DNA from: Octopus sinensis
Taxonomy: Eukaryota
Assembly: GCF_006345805.1 (NCBI RefSeq)
Contig: NC_043012.1
Span: forward strand, 4,340,001-4,404,000
Reading direction: 5' to 3'
DNA: 64,000 nt
Of the stretch, positions 1-13,016 are shown in pieces. A model generated the notes under the pieces. It was not told the DNA's origin. It ran no database searches and was given only the letters and a program-made list of their open reading frames with translations. Both the position numbers and the translations under genes were made by a program. How positions within the stretch are numbered: position 1 is the first letter of the stretch; each line of letters opens with the position of its first letter.

Positions 1-899
1 TCCTTTCTTTTTGTTAGAAAAAACATTTTAAATTTCAGTTTAAATCAGATATGTTTTCAGACATGAGAAAGTCATTATATTAAGCAACAGCCACCATTTT
101 TACAGGCTTGATATGACAACGGCTTTGTGTGTTTTAAACTCTGGATCATTCCTGATCAAGCAGCTATTCCAGGTGTTAATATATGGATTGCCATCATAAA
201 AAAAAAAGTGAAAGCAAATTTTCCTAGCAAAAAACAAGAAAAAAAATGAAAGTAAATTGTAATAGAGATTGGCAGTGATGATAGTGACACAACAGAATTT
301 CATAAACCTGTTGGATATCCAATGGATGGGCTTCCTATATGGATCTCAGCAGCTTTTGTACTCATGAAGTTGTCTGCCGTTCACTCAATTTTATTGATCC
401 AGATGATGACAGTATTCATACACAGGCTATAGATGGGTAATGAATGCTTGTCAAAATGCGACTTAGGTAACAGTGTGGGACTAGTGATGATTTATTTATG
501 CCATGTCTTCATCAGCATGTGTATTGAAACAAATTAAAGATTTTGAAGATCTATTCATGAATCTCATTTCTGCATTGTTGACTGTATTTCCCCCTGCAAA
601 TGTGATTGTTTTCATCTTGTATAGAATACAGTTTTCATATTATATTAAATATATCTGTTATATACATAAGTTATGTAAATTACAAGATGTTTGTCTCTTC
701 TGGTTTCTATTGCATTTTACTTTACGTGTTTTAGGACGATTTACTTTCACTTTTTTATGATGGTAAACTGTATTTCAATGTGGTGTTATTTCTTTTCTTT
801 TAAAATGGTAGGGTGTGATTTGAGGGCGGTTTCACTGTTATTTCTAGCATGTCAAGCAACTGAGTTGAGGCTTCCTTGTCTCATACATAGAAATGTAGT

Positions 900-2400
900 A
901 TCCTAGGTCAACACTGGTTGATCAGTCTCATTACATGCTGGTAGTCGGCCAGATGATGGGGTGCTACTCATATATTCCCAGTTTGCCTAAATTTCCACTT
1001 AGCTCAAGACTATACTGTACATCATAGTCTCTCCATTACCCAGTCTGTTCCATTATGTCCATAGATTTTTGTGATGGCCACATTAAAAGTGGAAAACACA
1101 GACTGACAGTGTGTGATGGTTGCCATACCTCTGCACTTATTATTGGTGGTGTATTTCAGCACGTATTTAGTGCCAGTGACACTATTTCGTCTTTTAATTC
1201 ATGTTGTAGCTGTTTTTCGGATCTATGAGTTTCTCATGCTTGTCAGAGCTGAGTGGGAGAGAAAGTGTCTTTTTTATATCATGGTGTTGTATATCTCTTT
1301 GAGTATATGCAGCGACATGCACTGTAGAAGTGAGTGAAGCTTGGTACGGCTAAAAAACTGATGTTTGCATGTTCAGGTATCTTTTATTTTTAGTATTTTT
1401 ACTATGTTGGACTGCTGGGCTACAGGTTTGTTGTTGGTACAAGCTGTTAATGTTCCGGTTTTTTTTTGTTCTTTGTATTCATTATGGTTTGTTGTGGAGA
1501 TTAATGGTTAGAATTGAATATAATTTATAATTTGGATTGGTTGGTGTCTCGTGTTTCCAGAATTATTACATGGATGATGTGAGTGATGATGTAATCTTTT
1601 AGTTTCATAAAAGTGTTTTTAATGCCTTTTCTATTGAAGAATATTTAGATTTTTTGTCATGTTTTCATAGTTTATTTTTGTGAGTGAATTATAGTCCTGT
1701 GAAGTCATGATTTTTCTAGATTATCTGAAAAATGTTGTCAAGAGTTTGTGTTAGTGATATGAAGACTTTGTGGTGGTTCTAAAGCCCACTTCATGTAGAA
1801 TTATAATTTAGTTGTTCTCTGATGGCATTTGCACATGGCGTGGGAAGATTTTTATCATTTGACTAGCATTCTGGCAGTGTCTATTCCAATTATTTTTTTT
1901 TTTGCATATCATATTCAGTATCAATTTATTCTACATATATTTAAACACTTTTAAAGCAGTAGGGAAATATTTGAGGGAGATATGGTCACAGTTTCTTGCA
2001 TGTGGAATAATTGCTTTTGTGATTCTCTTAAAGCACAATGACATTCCAAGGACTTAACCTGTTACAAACTTCTCTTCCTCCTGCTTTCCTCCACTTCTTC
2101 ACACTACTTGCCCTTTCCTTTTTAAGTGTTACAGAGTGAATCTGCAGGAAATGAAGTGGAATAAAATGGATAAGACCACTCCTGATTATTTATCCGATTA
2201 CGTCAGAACGGGATATTATTGTCCTTTGTATTTCCCCTTAAACTTAGATGGACAGTGAACTGGACTACGTTACACATTGTTCATTGGTGTGATACAAATC
2301 TTTAACCTACTTCAAAAAATGCCAGTGTGTGTCTATGAGTTCGTGTATTTCCCAATAGTCTTGATGGTCACTTCTTTTGCTTGTGTTTCATCTATGTTTA
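900..2400 (-). mobile_element. Highly decayed non-LTR (I/Nimb-like) retrotransposon remnant, tentative
   Basis: Minus-strand translation near 1200-1340 (KRDIQHHDIKKTLSLPLSSDK...KNSYN) loosely resembles the C-terminus of I-group LINE ORF1. Many stops and frameshifts; pattern match by eye only. Confidence 0.25.
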
Positions 2401-3039
2401 GTAGCTGTTCAGGCAGTACCCCCTCCCCCAACTGTAAAGGTTAGGCATGGCTCCACGGTTAAGAAGCTTGTTTTGTAACCATCTGGTTTTGGGTTCAAAC
2501 TCACTGTATGGAAGCTCACTGTAATCAAATAACTAAAGAAACAAATAATTCTGCTCAATATGTTGGTTGTAGTTGTTACTAGGAGAAAAATTTTGCTAAA
2601 CAATTTGTAGTGAAAACAAAACTCTGTCATTGGAATAATGAAAAATACTTGTATTGAAAAAATAAGCACAAAATTGTGACCAGGCAAGAGTCAGATCTGC
2701 ACCAAGGAAAAGACAGAGAAAATAAAAATTTATATGTTCACTTGAATAAGTCCATTGATTGCATGTTAACTAGTTCAATCACATTAACTGTGGACTAGTT
2801 CATTGAGGTGAATGGGTGAAAGACAACACTTTTATTTCTGCTAGTTCACAACCTCTTTAATTAGAATACTAGGTTCTTTACACCTAGCCACCCCCCCCCC
2901 TTTTTTTTTCTTCAATGTTTCACTGTCAGAAGACTTTGTGTGTGAATCTAAAATGATCCTAGATGACTTTTGGTGAACTCATGTAGAACTTTATATGTTT
3001 TGGAGGATTGTTTTTTTTTTTTTTTTTTTTGAGTATGTT

Positions 3040-5640
3040 TCAATGACAGTCAGTTGAATTTTCCCAACTGGGTGTTCAGGAGCATCTCACTTTGTTGTTC
3101 TCTATGATGTGGAACCATCTCTCTCTCTCTCTCTCTCTTATCCAGATTTGATTATCCACTTGCATTTCATAAATAACTTTTTCTCATCACTTTTTAAATA
3201 TTCCTGGCAAATACATAACCTTACCGTTCAGGATGGAACTGTTTCATCTACCTCTTCTTTTGGCCATTTAAATACTGGCTTGCTTTTTTATGGAAAATGA
3301 ATTTTACTGGTGACTTCTATTCCAGAGTGGTTCAGTTAGGCGTGCTTTGTAAAAAGTGGTTCCTATCACTTTTGATTTAATTGCTCTTTTGAAGGCATTA
3401 ACAAATCTTTCTGCTTTTTCATTGGACCTGAGGATGATAAGGAGGTACATAAATATGTCTTATGGCATTGGATTTGCAGAACTGATTGAAACTTAATGAT
3501 GTGAAGTGAGGTCCATTATCTGATCTAGAGTTTCTATCAAATCAAATCGACTGCTTGCTTGCCTTAATTTGTGGATTGAGTATGAAATTGAAATAATGTT
3601 CATCATAAAAATTTCAGGCCACTTTGAGAAGGTATTGACTAGTAATAAAATATATTTTTTAGGGTCATCAAAATCAAAGTGTATCTTGTATTTTGGTTTT
3701 TCTGGCACTGGTCATAGTTGCCAATCAGAGATGTAAGCATCTTGGTTGCTTGCACACAACTATGACAAGTGTGTGCTAGCTCTTTTAAGTGTTTCTTGAT
3801 GTCAGGTCAGAACACACAACTTCTTGCAATTGATTTCATATGATTTATACCTTGGTGGCCCATATGTAAATGCTTTAAAAGTAGACTCTGTCATTCTTAA
3901 TGATTCTCTCTCCAAACATGAAACAACTATTCACTACTGATAAAGACTCTTGTCTTTGAAAAAAACTGTTTCAGGTTTTTTGAACAGTTTTCTTTGTCAA
4001 TCAATTTTTTGTTATTTATAAACCAACAGTTAGGTAGGATTTTTTCTTATTGCGTCTTCAGCCATATCTGCTGACACAGGAATAGCATCTTTTGTTGTAT
4101 ATCAAACGTTTGGCATATCATTTTCAACATAAATAGAAGCAATAACAGCACCATCATTGCCTAACTTATGATTCCTCAAGAGACGCAGTAATGCATCAGC
4201 TTTACTCAATTTATTCATTGACTTGTATTTAATTTGAAAGGTATAACCAGATAGCATTGTTGCTCATCTTTGTAAGCAATTTGTTGTGTAAATTGGATTG
4301 CCTTCCTTCAAGCCAAAAATAGGCACAAGGGGTTTATGGTTGGTAAATAAAAGAAAAGGTCTTCCATGCACCATCTTGTGAAATCTTTTATCTGCAAAAA
4401 ACAAATGCTAACACTTCCTTTTCTGTTTGACCATAATTTGTTGCTGCTTTTGTGTGCTATTTATGACATCTTCAATGTTATCTGGAAATACTTAAATGAC
4501 AGCTCTGATAACACAAGAGCCTCTACAACTCGTAGTATTTCTAATTTCGAGTCACAGTGGGTTAGTAGTAAATCAGATTGTAATAATTCTTTTGCCTTCT
4601 CAAAAGCTTTTGGGCTTGTAGGCATTCAGTTCTGTTTTGAGTTTTTCTGAAGTAGATGGTTTGAAAGTCTTTGTAAGCATTGCATGAAACTTAGGAACAC
4701 ACTGTAATAGCTAAGAAGTATTAAAAAACAATCTCCAATTTGCTTATATCTGATGGAAGTAGCATTTTCAGAATAGCTTCTACATTTGCTAGGTCTGGTT
4801 TGCAACTGTCTTTGTTTATAATAAAACCAAGATATTCTATTGATGTCATAAGAAAAATGGCATTTTTCTGGTCTTATTTTAAAACCAAATGAATTCGCTT
4901 TGTGGGAAAGAATATCCAATCAATAAAATACTTCTTTCATTGAACCAATTACTACAATATTGTCCAGATAATCTATAACATCAAGAATACCTGCTATCAT
5001 TGTGTCCATTATTTGTTGAAAAATAACTGTAGCCATTTTTCTTTTTCTATCTAAATGGCAATCTTTGATATTGGAAAAGACCTTTGTGTGTATTAATTGT
5101 CAACAGTTGCTTGACTTGTCATTGAATTAAATTTGTAGATAATCATCAGACAAATCAATTTCTGTGAAGTAGCAGCCGCCATTAAGCTTGTTGAAAATAT
5201 TTCCAGGAATAAGCAGAGGGTAGGATTGATCTTTTGAGACTTGATTTTATCCAGTAGAAAAATCTATGCAAAGGTGAACCAAACTGTTTGTCTTCCCAAG
5301 AATAACTACTGGTGCTGCCCAAGTTAAGTAGTTGACTATTTGAGATTGAATTTCATATGGAACAAGTCTGCATGACTTGAACACAGGCTTTGGCGACAAA
5401 CTTGTTTTATATAGCTTGCAACATTGGAACAGATCTTTGAAATCAAATATTTTTCCTTTCAATAGAGGGATAAGGGAGTTTGGACGTTACAACTTGGTAT
5501 GAATTATTAGTCAAATCACTCAAGCTAATAGAGTTCAGTATTCTACTACATAAACCTAGTTCAGTAATCCAATTTAAACCCAGTAAATCTAAGTCATGAT
5601 GACTCACTAAACAACATGATCCATTAAAAAACACTCAAAT
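3040..5640 (-). mobile_element. Degenerate Ty3/Gypsy LTR retrotransposon pol (protease end - RT - RNase H - integrase)
   Basis: Minus-strand fragments in Gypsy domain order: LLGLNWITELGL (5443-5634), WAAPVVILGKTNSLVHLCIDFSTG (5247-5462), IFQQIMDTMIAGILDVIDYLDNI (~4956-5035, a decayed YxDD), GFKIRPEKCHF (4626-4919), and integrase-like KIHFDFDDP..ILLLVNTFSKWPEI (3493-3708). Multiple stops; no LTRs recognised. Confidence 0.85.
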
Positions 5641-5698
5641 TAAACTACACTTTGGTTGCTGTAATTAACATTTGAAGTATTCTTAAACTAAACAAGTA

Positions 5699-5881
5699 GG
5701 TGTAGGAGTGGCTGTGTGGTAAGTAGCTTGCTTACGAACCATATGGTTCTGGGTTCAGTCCCACTGTGTGGCACTTTGGGCAAGTGTCTTCTACTATAGC
5801 CTCGGGCCGACCAAGGCCTTATGAGTGGGTTTAGTAGATGGAAACTGAATGAAGCCCATCATATATATATGTATGTATGTA

Positions 5882-5914
<33 letters not shown>

Positions 5915-6123
5915 TTTTGTGTCAGTGTTTGTCCCCCCCCCCCTAACATCGCTAGACAACTGATGCTGGTGTTTTTACATCTCCGTACCTTAGCGCTTTG
6001 GCAAAAGAGACCGATAGAATAAGTACTAGGCTTACAAAGAATAAGTCCTGGGGTCGATTTGCTTGACTAAAGGCGGTGCTCCAGCATGGCTACAGTCAAA
6101 TGATTGAAACAAGTAAAAGAGTA
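5699..6123 (+). mobile_element. tRNA-derived SINE (family A), near full length
   Basis: Head GGTGTAGGAGTGGCTGTGTGGTAAG...GGGTTCAGTCCC with pol III A/B-box-like motifs, internal (TA)n/(TG)n, 3' end GAAACAAGTAAAAGAG. Many other copies in the window. Confidence 0.85.
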
Positions 6124-6428
6124 AACAATCTCATTTTCTATAGTGGATTTTGAGGTAAACTGGGAGTAAGTCTGTTGTTGAAATTTATGGCATGATTTTC
6201 TGCTGCTTAGACCCATCACTACCATTATTTGTGTTGAAATATACTGCATTTCTTTCAATTAATTTTGAAAATAATGAAGAATATAACCCATACCAGCATG
6301 GAAAGTGGACTTAGAAATAATGATAATGAGTACAGTAAAATAATTTGTCATCATTAAGCTGATTTGTTTTGGAACATAAATTAACACAAACTTTTAATTG
6401 GAAATTTTGTTTTTGTATTTAGATTACT

Positions 6429-6594
6429 TTAACCATTTAGCATTTAAATTGGCCATATCTGGCCAAAATATTCCACCAGATCCAGCCTCTCACACCTACC
6501 ATACAAAGCTACGAGATAAAGCATAATTAATTCAAAACAATGTAAAGGAATGAGCATTATATTTGACAGAGTAATCTGAATGCTAAAGGATTAA
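6429..6594. mobile_element. TTAA-flanked piggyBac-like MITE, family 2 (internally deleted)
   Basis: TTAACCATTTAGCATT ... AATGCTAAAGGATTAA termini; interior similar to 48471-48699. Confidence 0.55.
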
Positions 6595-6754
6595 AGTAGG
6601 GAATTTGTACCATAAAGCCTGCTGCTGTCTCAGGCAGTTTGGTATCAGAAAGGTAACATTTGTGTTTGTATAAGTGACTAATTAGTCTTCCAGACCTATT
6701 TGTATGAGAAGTAGCTTGATTTGATATCGTCCACTTGGTTTTTATTTTAAAAAG

Positions 6755-7065
6755 CTTGCTTCTCAACCACATGGTTCAGGGTTCAGTCCTACAGTGTGGC
6801 ACCTTGGGCAAGTGTCTTATATTATAATCTCGGGCCGACCAGAACTTTGTGATTGGATTTGGTAGATAGAAACTGAAAGAAGCCCGTCGTGTATATTTGT
6901 GTCTGTCTCTCACCACTGCTTGACAACTGGTGTTGGTTTGTTTACATCCCTGTAACTTAGCAGTTTGGCAAAAAGAGATTGATAGAGTAAGTACCAGGCT
7001 TTAAAAAAAAGAAAGTAGTGGTGTCATCTCATGGCAAGCACAGCCGCAGCCTAATGACTGAAATA
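6755..7065 (+). mobile_element. SINE family A copy
   Basis: Similar to 5699-6123 (CACATGGTTCAGGGTTCAGTCC...GGCAAGTGTCTT...GAAACTGAAAGAAGCCCGTCG). Confidence 0.75.
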
Positions 7066-7473
7066 GATAAAAGATTTATTTTTGTTCCACAGAATGTATG
7101 ATGGATTAAGTAATTAGCCTAGATTATTTTTTTTCACCATTAATATCCACTACTTAGGATATTTTGATTGTTCTATTCTGTGGTTACTTTCTTTGAATAT
7201 TTTGTTTGACATCTAATAAGTGTCTTTTCTTATTTGATTGCTTAATTCCCCATCTTTATTCTAAGTAAGAATGAATAGTTTCTTGAAACGAAAAAGTCTT
7301 GCTACTGAAGTAGGACAAACAAGATTTATTTAATACATTTGGAGCCAGTTTCTACAACAGCAATATATTGTTGGCAAGGTATCAAATAGCTTTTCAAAAG
7401 AATGCTGTAATTGTGACCAACAACAACAACAACAACAACAACAGCAGAATGGTCATAACATAATAATTGTTTC

Positions 7474-7680
7474 AGATTTAGGCCCAAGGCCAGCAGTTTA
7501 GTGGGGAAGGAGTTAATCGATACCTTATACCCAAGTTCTTAACTGGTACTTATTCTATTGACCCTCTAAGGATGAAAAGCAAAGTTGACCTTGGCAGTAT
7601 TTGAACTTGGGAATATAAAGAGCCAATAAATTGCCACTAAGTATTTTGTCCAACATACTAATGGTTCTGCCAGCTTGCTG
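7474..7680 (-). mobile_element. SINE family B copy
   Basis: Reverse complement of the family seen at 40610-40830 (GGCAGAA..TTAG..GAGTTCAAAT..GACTTTGCCTTTCATCC..AAGTACCAG). Confidence 0.7.
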
Positions 7681-7949
7681 CCTGAATAATGATAATGATG
7701 ATGATGATAGTGATGGTGGTGGTGGTGGGCTGTAGCAAATATTCTGCTCAATACCACAGATTTGCTTGTCAGTTGCTTGACCGTGACCAGTTGAGCATGT
7801 CCCTTGGTGCATCTCTGATCATGAACAGAAGTAGTAAGGGAGCAAGATAGCCATGTGTTAAAAGAATTCTTTGGAGGTTTGACTAATTCACCTAGATTTT
7901 TATCTTTTAAACTTTGCACTTTGCTTTACACAAAAATTATGCACTAACG

Positions 7950-9100
7950 GTGCATGCTGCTTGCTGAACATTATGAGCTGCAAGTACCAATGTCTTTAAG
8001 GTAATTGAAACTGCAATTAGCATCCAAGTCTTCCAATACCTTGAATCCATCTCTTTTTCCTCAAAAGCTACCTGTACGGTTTTCATAAAGCCAGATTATC
8101 TGATAATCTGCACTCTGTCAACCATCCAGGTTTATGCCTTCAAGACACAGTTGTCTTCATCAGCAAAGTTTTCAATTGTGTCTGGTATGCAAATTTATTG
8201 AAACTTCATGCCTATGGGCTCCATCCATCTTTCATCTCTTGGACTCTGGAGTACCTCAGTGTTGGATTTGTGGCCCACTCTCTTCCTGCTGTACATTAAC
8301 AACTTACTTGCCATCACATCCAAAGACACCCACTCTTACACAGATTACAAGCTTATCCACACCATTTCCTTGGACAGACACTTTCAAAAGCATTCTCCAG
8401 TGGGGATATGCCAATCTTGTGTCTTTCAACAGGAAGAAAATGCAAACATTACTCTCAAAAAAGAAAATATAGCAGCCTTCATCATGAACAGCATGTGAAT
8501 AGAACCCTCACAATTGCTCCAAATGTTGGGCTTCACTATCATTGATGACTTCAACTGGTGAAGATACATCCTTAACAGCCCAATAATTAATTTACACTTC
8601 TCTCCAGGTTTAGAAGATGCATTAGCATTCCAAGCCATTATCAAACATTATATTAAACTCCTGCATACTCCATTGTATGGCATATTCACGTGGTGCCATA
8701 CTGCAAATAAGGCATCCTACACTGCATCTAGAAAAGGGTTATTCATTTGTTGGCATCAAGACACCCACAAACATACTCCAGGCTCAGACTCACTGGTAAT
8801 TGCTTTGCTGTCCCTTCTGTCTTTTTTTCTTGCTGTTCTAGTGTCCCCTCCTCTTTGGAGGTGATCTGAGCAAGCCCAGCTCGTATCAATCGGGCGTTCT
8901 TGAATTACATGTCTCTCTTCCTCTCATTGTCCTTGCCCAAACTGCTGAGCCTGTACAAAACACTACAACCCGTCCTTCCATCCTGGAATGTCATTCCTTT
9001 GTAACACCCTCCTTGTTTATGTATTCCCTGCAGGTGTTACTTTGCAGCGGTTCAAGAGAAATATTAAAGGCATCAATCATGCCAGTTTCAGAGGACCTGT
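7950..9100 (+). mobile_element. Degenerate LINE reverse transcriptase remnant (Jockey/CR1-like)
   Basis: SGVPQ...GP (8134-8472 frame) and TLFLLYINNL...HSYTDYKL (8208-8498 frame) correspond to the RT motifs SGVPQGSVLGPLLFLLYINDL...FADD. Frameshifted. Confidence 0.7.
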
Positions 9101-9154
9101 GGAGGTCATGGACACTGCTGCTGCCTATTCCTCTAGTCTTTGCAAATATCTGTG

Positions 9155-9188
<34 letters not shown>

Positions 9189-9230
9189 GCACATAGTCAC
9201 TTGTGCCATCAAAACTGGTAACTGAATGAT

Positions 9231-9458
9231 TTAACCCTTTCAATACCAACCCAGCTGAAACCGGCTCTGGCTCTGTAGTACAAATGTCTTGTGTTCAAAA
9301 GTTCTGAATTAAAATCTTCTACCAAATCTTAGCCACAATTTATATCCCTAACATTAGCTTAATGATAACTACGTTATTTTACTAATTCTTTGTTATATTT
9401 AAAGTAATTGAAAGAATTACAGAGCATCTCAAAATAAATACAGTAATGAAAGGGTTAA
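9231..9458. mobile_element. TTAA-flanked piggyBac-like MITE, family 1
   Basis: TTAA-CCCTTTCA ... TGAAAGGG-TTAA terminal inverted repeats, 228 bp including both TTAA; close copy at 33875-34100. Confidence 0.85.
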
Positions 9459-9637
9459 TAAGTTATAAAAATATTGCAATATTATTTACAAAACTTGGGA
9501 AGATTTATGTGCATTTTTCATTATTCCAGGAGTTCTTTTATCACAATATTCATAGTATAGCTGAGTTTCTAGCAGATTTTCTTGTTTTTCACCTTCATTG
9601 ATTTCTACATTGAGTTTGTTCTTATTTTTCATTCTAC

Positions 9638-9855
9638 TTAACCTTTTAGCATTCAGATTATTGTATCAAATGTAATGCTTATTTCTTCACATTAACCATT
9701 TATTATCTTGTAGCTTAGAGATTTTCAAGATGTGATTGTATATTTTTAGAATTACATTGTACGGCAGGTGTAAGATGCTGGATATAGCTAGTTTGAACAT
9801 TGAACATGTAGACTATTTGGGTCAGATGTGGCCTGTTTGAATGCTAAAGAGTTAA
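9638..9855. mobile_element. TTAA-flanked piggyBac-like MITE, family 2
   Basis: TTAACCTTTTAGCATT ... AATGCTAAAGAGTTAA; related copies at 6429, 16767 and 48471. Confidence 0.75.
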
Positions 9856-10122
9856 AGTAGCATAAAGCTAACCTCTAACACCAATCCTCACTCAATTACA
9901 TAACTTACCATACCAAGCAGTGTGATAAACACTTCTACTCACCTTAATTTTACTTCAACTGTAACTCACTCACTCTGTTTGTCATTTAATATCCACTTAC
10001 TTAGCACTATCTCATTAGCATGGCAACAAATAAATATACATTGCTAATTATGCTAATTATATGTAATTTTGTGAGTAGAATGAGGACTTTGAAATTATAA
10101 ACAACTCTGGTTACTGTTAATA

Positions 10123-12024
10123 ACATACTAAGCTACCCCCTGTTTTGGCAAACAACTAAGCCACCCCCTGTTTTGGCAAACAACTAAGCCATCCCCTGTT
10201 TTGGCAAACAACTAAGCCACCCCCTGTTTTGGCAAACAACTAAGCCACCCCTGTTTTGGTAAACAACTAAGCCACCCCCTGTTTTGGTAAACAACTAACC
10301 CACCCCCTGTTTTGGTAAACAACTAACCCACCCCCTGTTTTGGCAAACAACTAACCCACCCCCTGTTTTGGCAAACAACTAACCCACCCTCTGTTTTGGC
10401 AAACAACTAACCACCTCTGTTTTGGCAAACACTAACCCACCCCCTGTTTTGGGCAAACAACTAACCCACCTCTGTTTTGGCAATCAACTAACCCACCCCT
10501 GTTTTGGCAAGCAAACTACCACCCCCTGTTTTGGCAAAAAACTAACCCACCCCCTGTTTTGGCAAACAACTAACCACCCCCTGTTTTGGCAAGCAACTAA
10601 CCCACCCCTGTTTTGCAAGCAACTAACCCACCCCCTGTTTTGGCAAACAACTAACCCACCCCCTGTTTTGGCAAGCAACTAACCCACCCCCGTTTTGGCA
10701 AACAACTACCACTGTTTTGGCAAACAATAATCACCCCCTGTTTTGCAAGCAACTAACCCACCTCCTGTTTTGGCAAAAACTAACCCACCCCTGTTTGGCA
10801 AACAACTAACCCACCCCCTGTTTTTGGCCAAACACCTACCCCACCCCTGTTTTGGCAAGCAACTAACCCACCCCCTGTTTTGGCAAACAAATAAGCCACC
10901 CCCTGTTTTGGTTAAACACTACCCACCCCTTTTTTGGTAAAAACTAACCCCCCCCCTGTTTTGGTAAACACCTAACCCACCCCTGTTTTGGCCCAACACT
11001 AACACCCACCCCCTGTTTTGGTAACAACTAACCCCCTCCTGTTTTGGCAAGCAACTAACCCACCCCTGTTTTGGTAACTACAACCCCACCCACCCCCCGT
11101 TTGTGCCAAACCAACCACCGCAGGTTTTTGCAAACAACCTAACCACCCCCTGTTTGGCAAGCAACTACAACCCACCCCTGTTTTGGCAAGCAAAAACAAA
11201 TAGGCCAGACATGTTTTGAACAAGCAACTACACCCACCCCCTGTTTTGGCAAAGCCAACTATCCACCCCCTGTTTTGGCAAGCAACTAATCCACACCCCC
11301 TGTTTTGGCAACACACAACTAACCCACCCCCTGTTTTGGCAAGCAACTAATCCACACCCCTGTTTTGGCAAGCAACTAACCCACCCCCTGTTTTGGCAAA
11401 CAACTAATCCACCCCCTGTTTTGGCAAGCAAACACCCACCCCCCTGTTTTGGCAAACAACTAATCCAACCCCTTGTTTGGCAAGCAACTAACCCACCCCC
11501 TGTTTTGGCAAGCAACTAACCCACCCCCTGTTTTGGCAAACAAATAATCCACCCCCTGTTTGGCAAGCAACTAACCCACCCCTGTTTTGGCAAGCAACTA
11601 ACCCACCCCCTGTTTTGGCAAACAACTAATCCACCCCCTGTTTTGGCAAGCAACTTAACCCACCCCCTGTTTTGGCAAGCAACTAACCCACCCCCTGTTT
11701 TGGCAAGCAACTAACCCACCCCCTGTTTTGGCAAGCAACTAACCCACCCCCTGTTTTGGCAAACAACTAACCCACCCCCTGTTTTGGCAAACAACTAATC
11801 CACCCCCTGTTTTGGCAAGCAACTAACCCACCCCCTGTTTTGGCAAACAACTAATCCACCCCCTGTTTTGGCAAGCAACTAACCCACCCCCTGTTTTGGC
11901 AAGCAACTAACCCACCCCCTGTTTTGGCAAGCAACTAACCCACCCCCTGTTTTGGCAAGCAACTAACCCACCCCCTGTTTTGGCAAACAACTAATCCACC
12001 CCCTGTTTTGGCAAGCAACTAACC
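10123..12024. repeat. Tandem satellite/minisatellite, 28-bp unit AA(A/G)CAACTAACCCACCCCCTGTTTTGGC, roughly 65-70 copies
   Basis: Head-to-tail units directly visible with no unique spacers; the ends are homogeneous and the centre is degenerate. Confidence 0.97.
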
Positions 12025-12099
12025 TACTTGATAGCTATTATGTTATTTTTGTAATTCCATTGCTTTTCGTGGCATTTTAAAATATCTCATTTTGTTTCT

Positions 12100-12530
12100 T
12101 TGTGTTTTCATCAGTTACTTTTTATCTGTAAACTATGAATGCAATTGTTAACATGAATTAATAAAATTAGAGGTATTGGAATAAACCAGGCTGCTGCTTG
12201 TGGGAAAGGTCTATGCGACAAAATTGAAATATTTTACATATGACAGTGGTGGTTAATAAGTTTGGTGCGTGAAGGAGGTAATTTGCCGAAGATAATGAGC
12301 AGAGGTCAGAGATTAATGAGTGTCTTGCCATCTTGTGAGGTTTTTTTCCCAACATCAAAGTGTCTACGATATTTTTGTTTTTATATGTATTGTGTGAAGC
12401 TTGCCAAGACATGCTGCATAATTCCTACTGTAACGACAGGTGAATTCATTAACTATATTAAATTTACGAGCCTTCTTATTGGAAGTATTAGTATTGTGTG
12501 TTGGTGTTATTTTTATTTGCATCTATTCCA
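12100..12530 (-). mobile_element. Possible decayed I-group LINE fragment
   Basis: Minus-strand AACLGKLHTIH...KTS loosely resembles the post-RT motif KLDTIHH..FRTSP. Weak. Confidence 0.25.
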
Positions 12531-12719
12531 ATGAGAGCTGTTTTGGCTGTATTCTTGTGACCTGTGAGCTAGTTGACTGAATATTGACTGCTAGTGTTGT
12601 AGCGACCTGTGAATCGACTGAATATTGACTGCTATTGTAATGATCAAAGTTAATTAGCTGAGTAATGACGGCTATTGTGTTGTAGCGATCAGAGATTTGG
12701 TTGACTGCTATGGATATGA

Positions 12720-12950
12720 ATCATCATCATCATCATCATCATTCTAATGTTCACTTTTTCATGCTTGCGTGGGTCAGGACGGAATTTGTTGTGGAAGATT
12801 TTCTTTGGATTCATGCCCTTCCTGTTGCTAACCCTCACTTGTTTCCAAGTAAGGTAATATTTCTCTTATGACCAGGCAATATTTTCAGGAAAGATTGGAA
12901 ATGGAGACACTTGCATGACTGTGACACTCATTCACAACTATTGCAGATGT
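12720..12950 (-). mobile_element. Interspersed repeat with (GAT)n tail (family E; shares its 3' end with the RTE 3' UTR)
   Basis: (CAT)n followed by TTCTAATGTTCACTTTTTCATGCTTGC; related copies near 47500-47830 and 48170-48380 in the opposite orientation. Confidence 0.55.
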
Positions 12951-12972
12951 CTCAAGAAACAGAGACAGTAAT

Positions 12973-13013
<41 letters not shown>

Positions 13014-13016
13014 TAT

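Noticed and set aside
2190-2330. GIY-YIG (Penelope) endonuclease fragment, from CNVVQFT on the - strand
   Set aside because: Short match; another frame fits LINE ORF1 equally well, so it is not assignable.
5699-5775. tRNA genes at SINE heads
   Set aside because: A/B-box-like motifs continue into shared SINE bodies, and I could not fold a complete cloverleaf.
10422-11710. ORFs with KQLTHP/CQNRGG repeats (apparent Cys-rich proteins)
   Set aside because: Translations of the satellite in several frames on both strands; no splice or start context.
10123-12024. CRISPR array (28-bp repeats)
   Set aside because: Units are head-to-tail with no unique spacers, there are no cas genes, and the context is an intron-containing animal genome.
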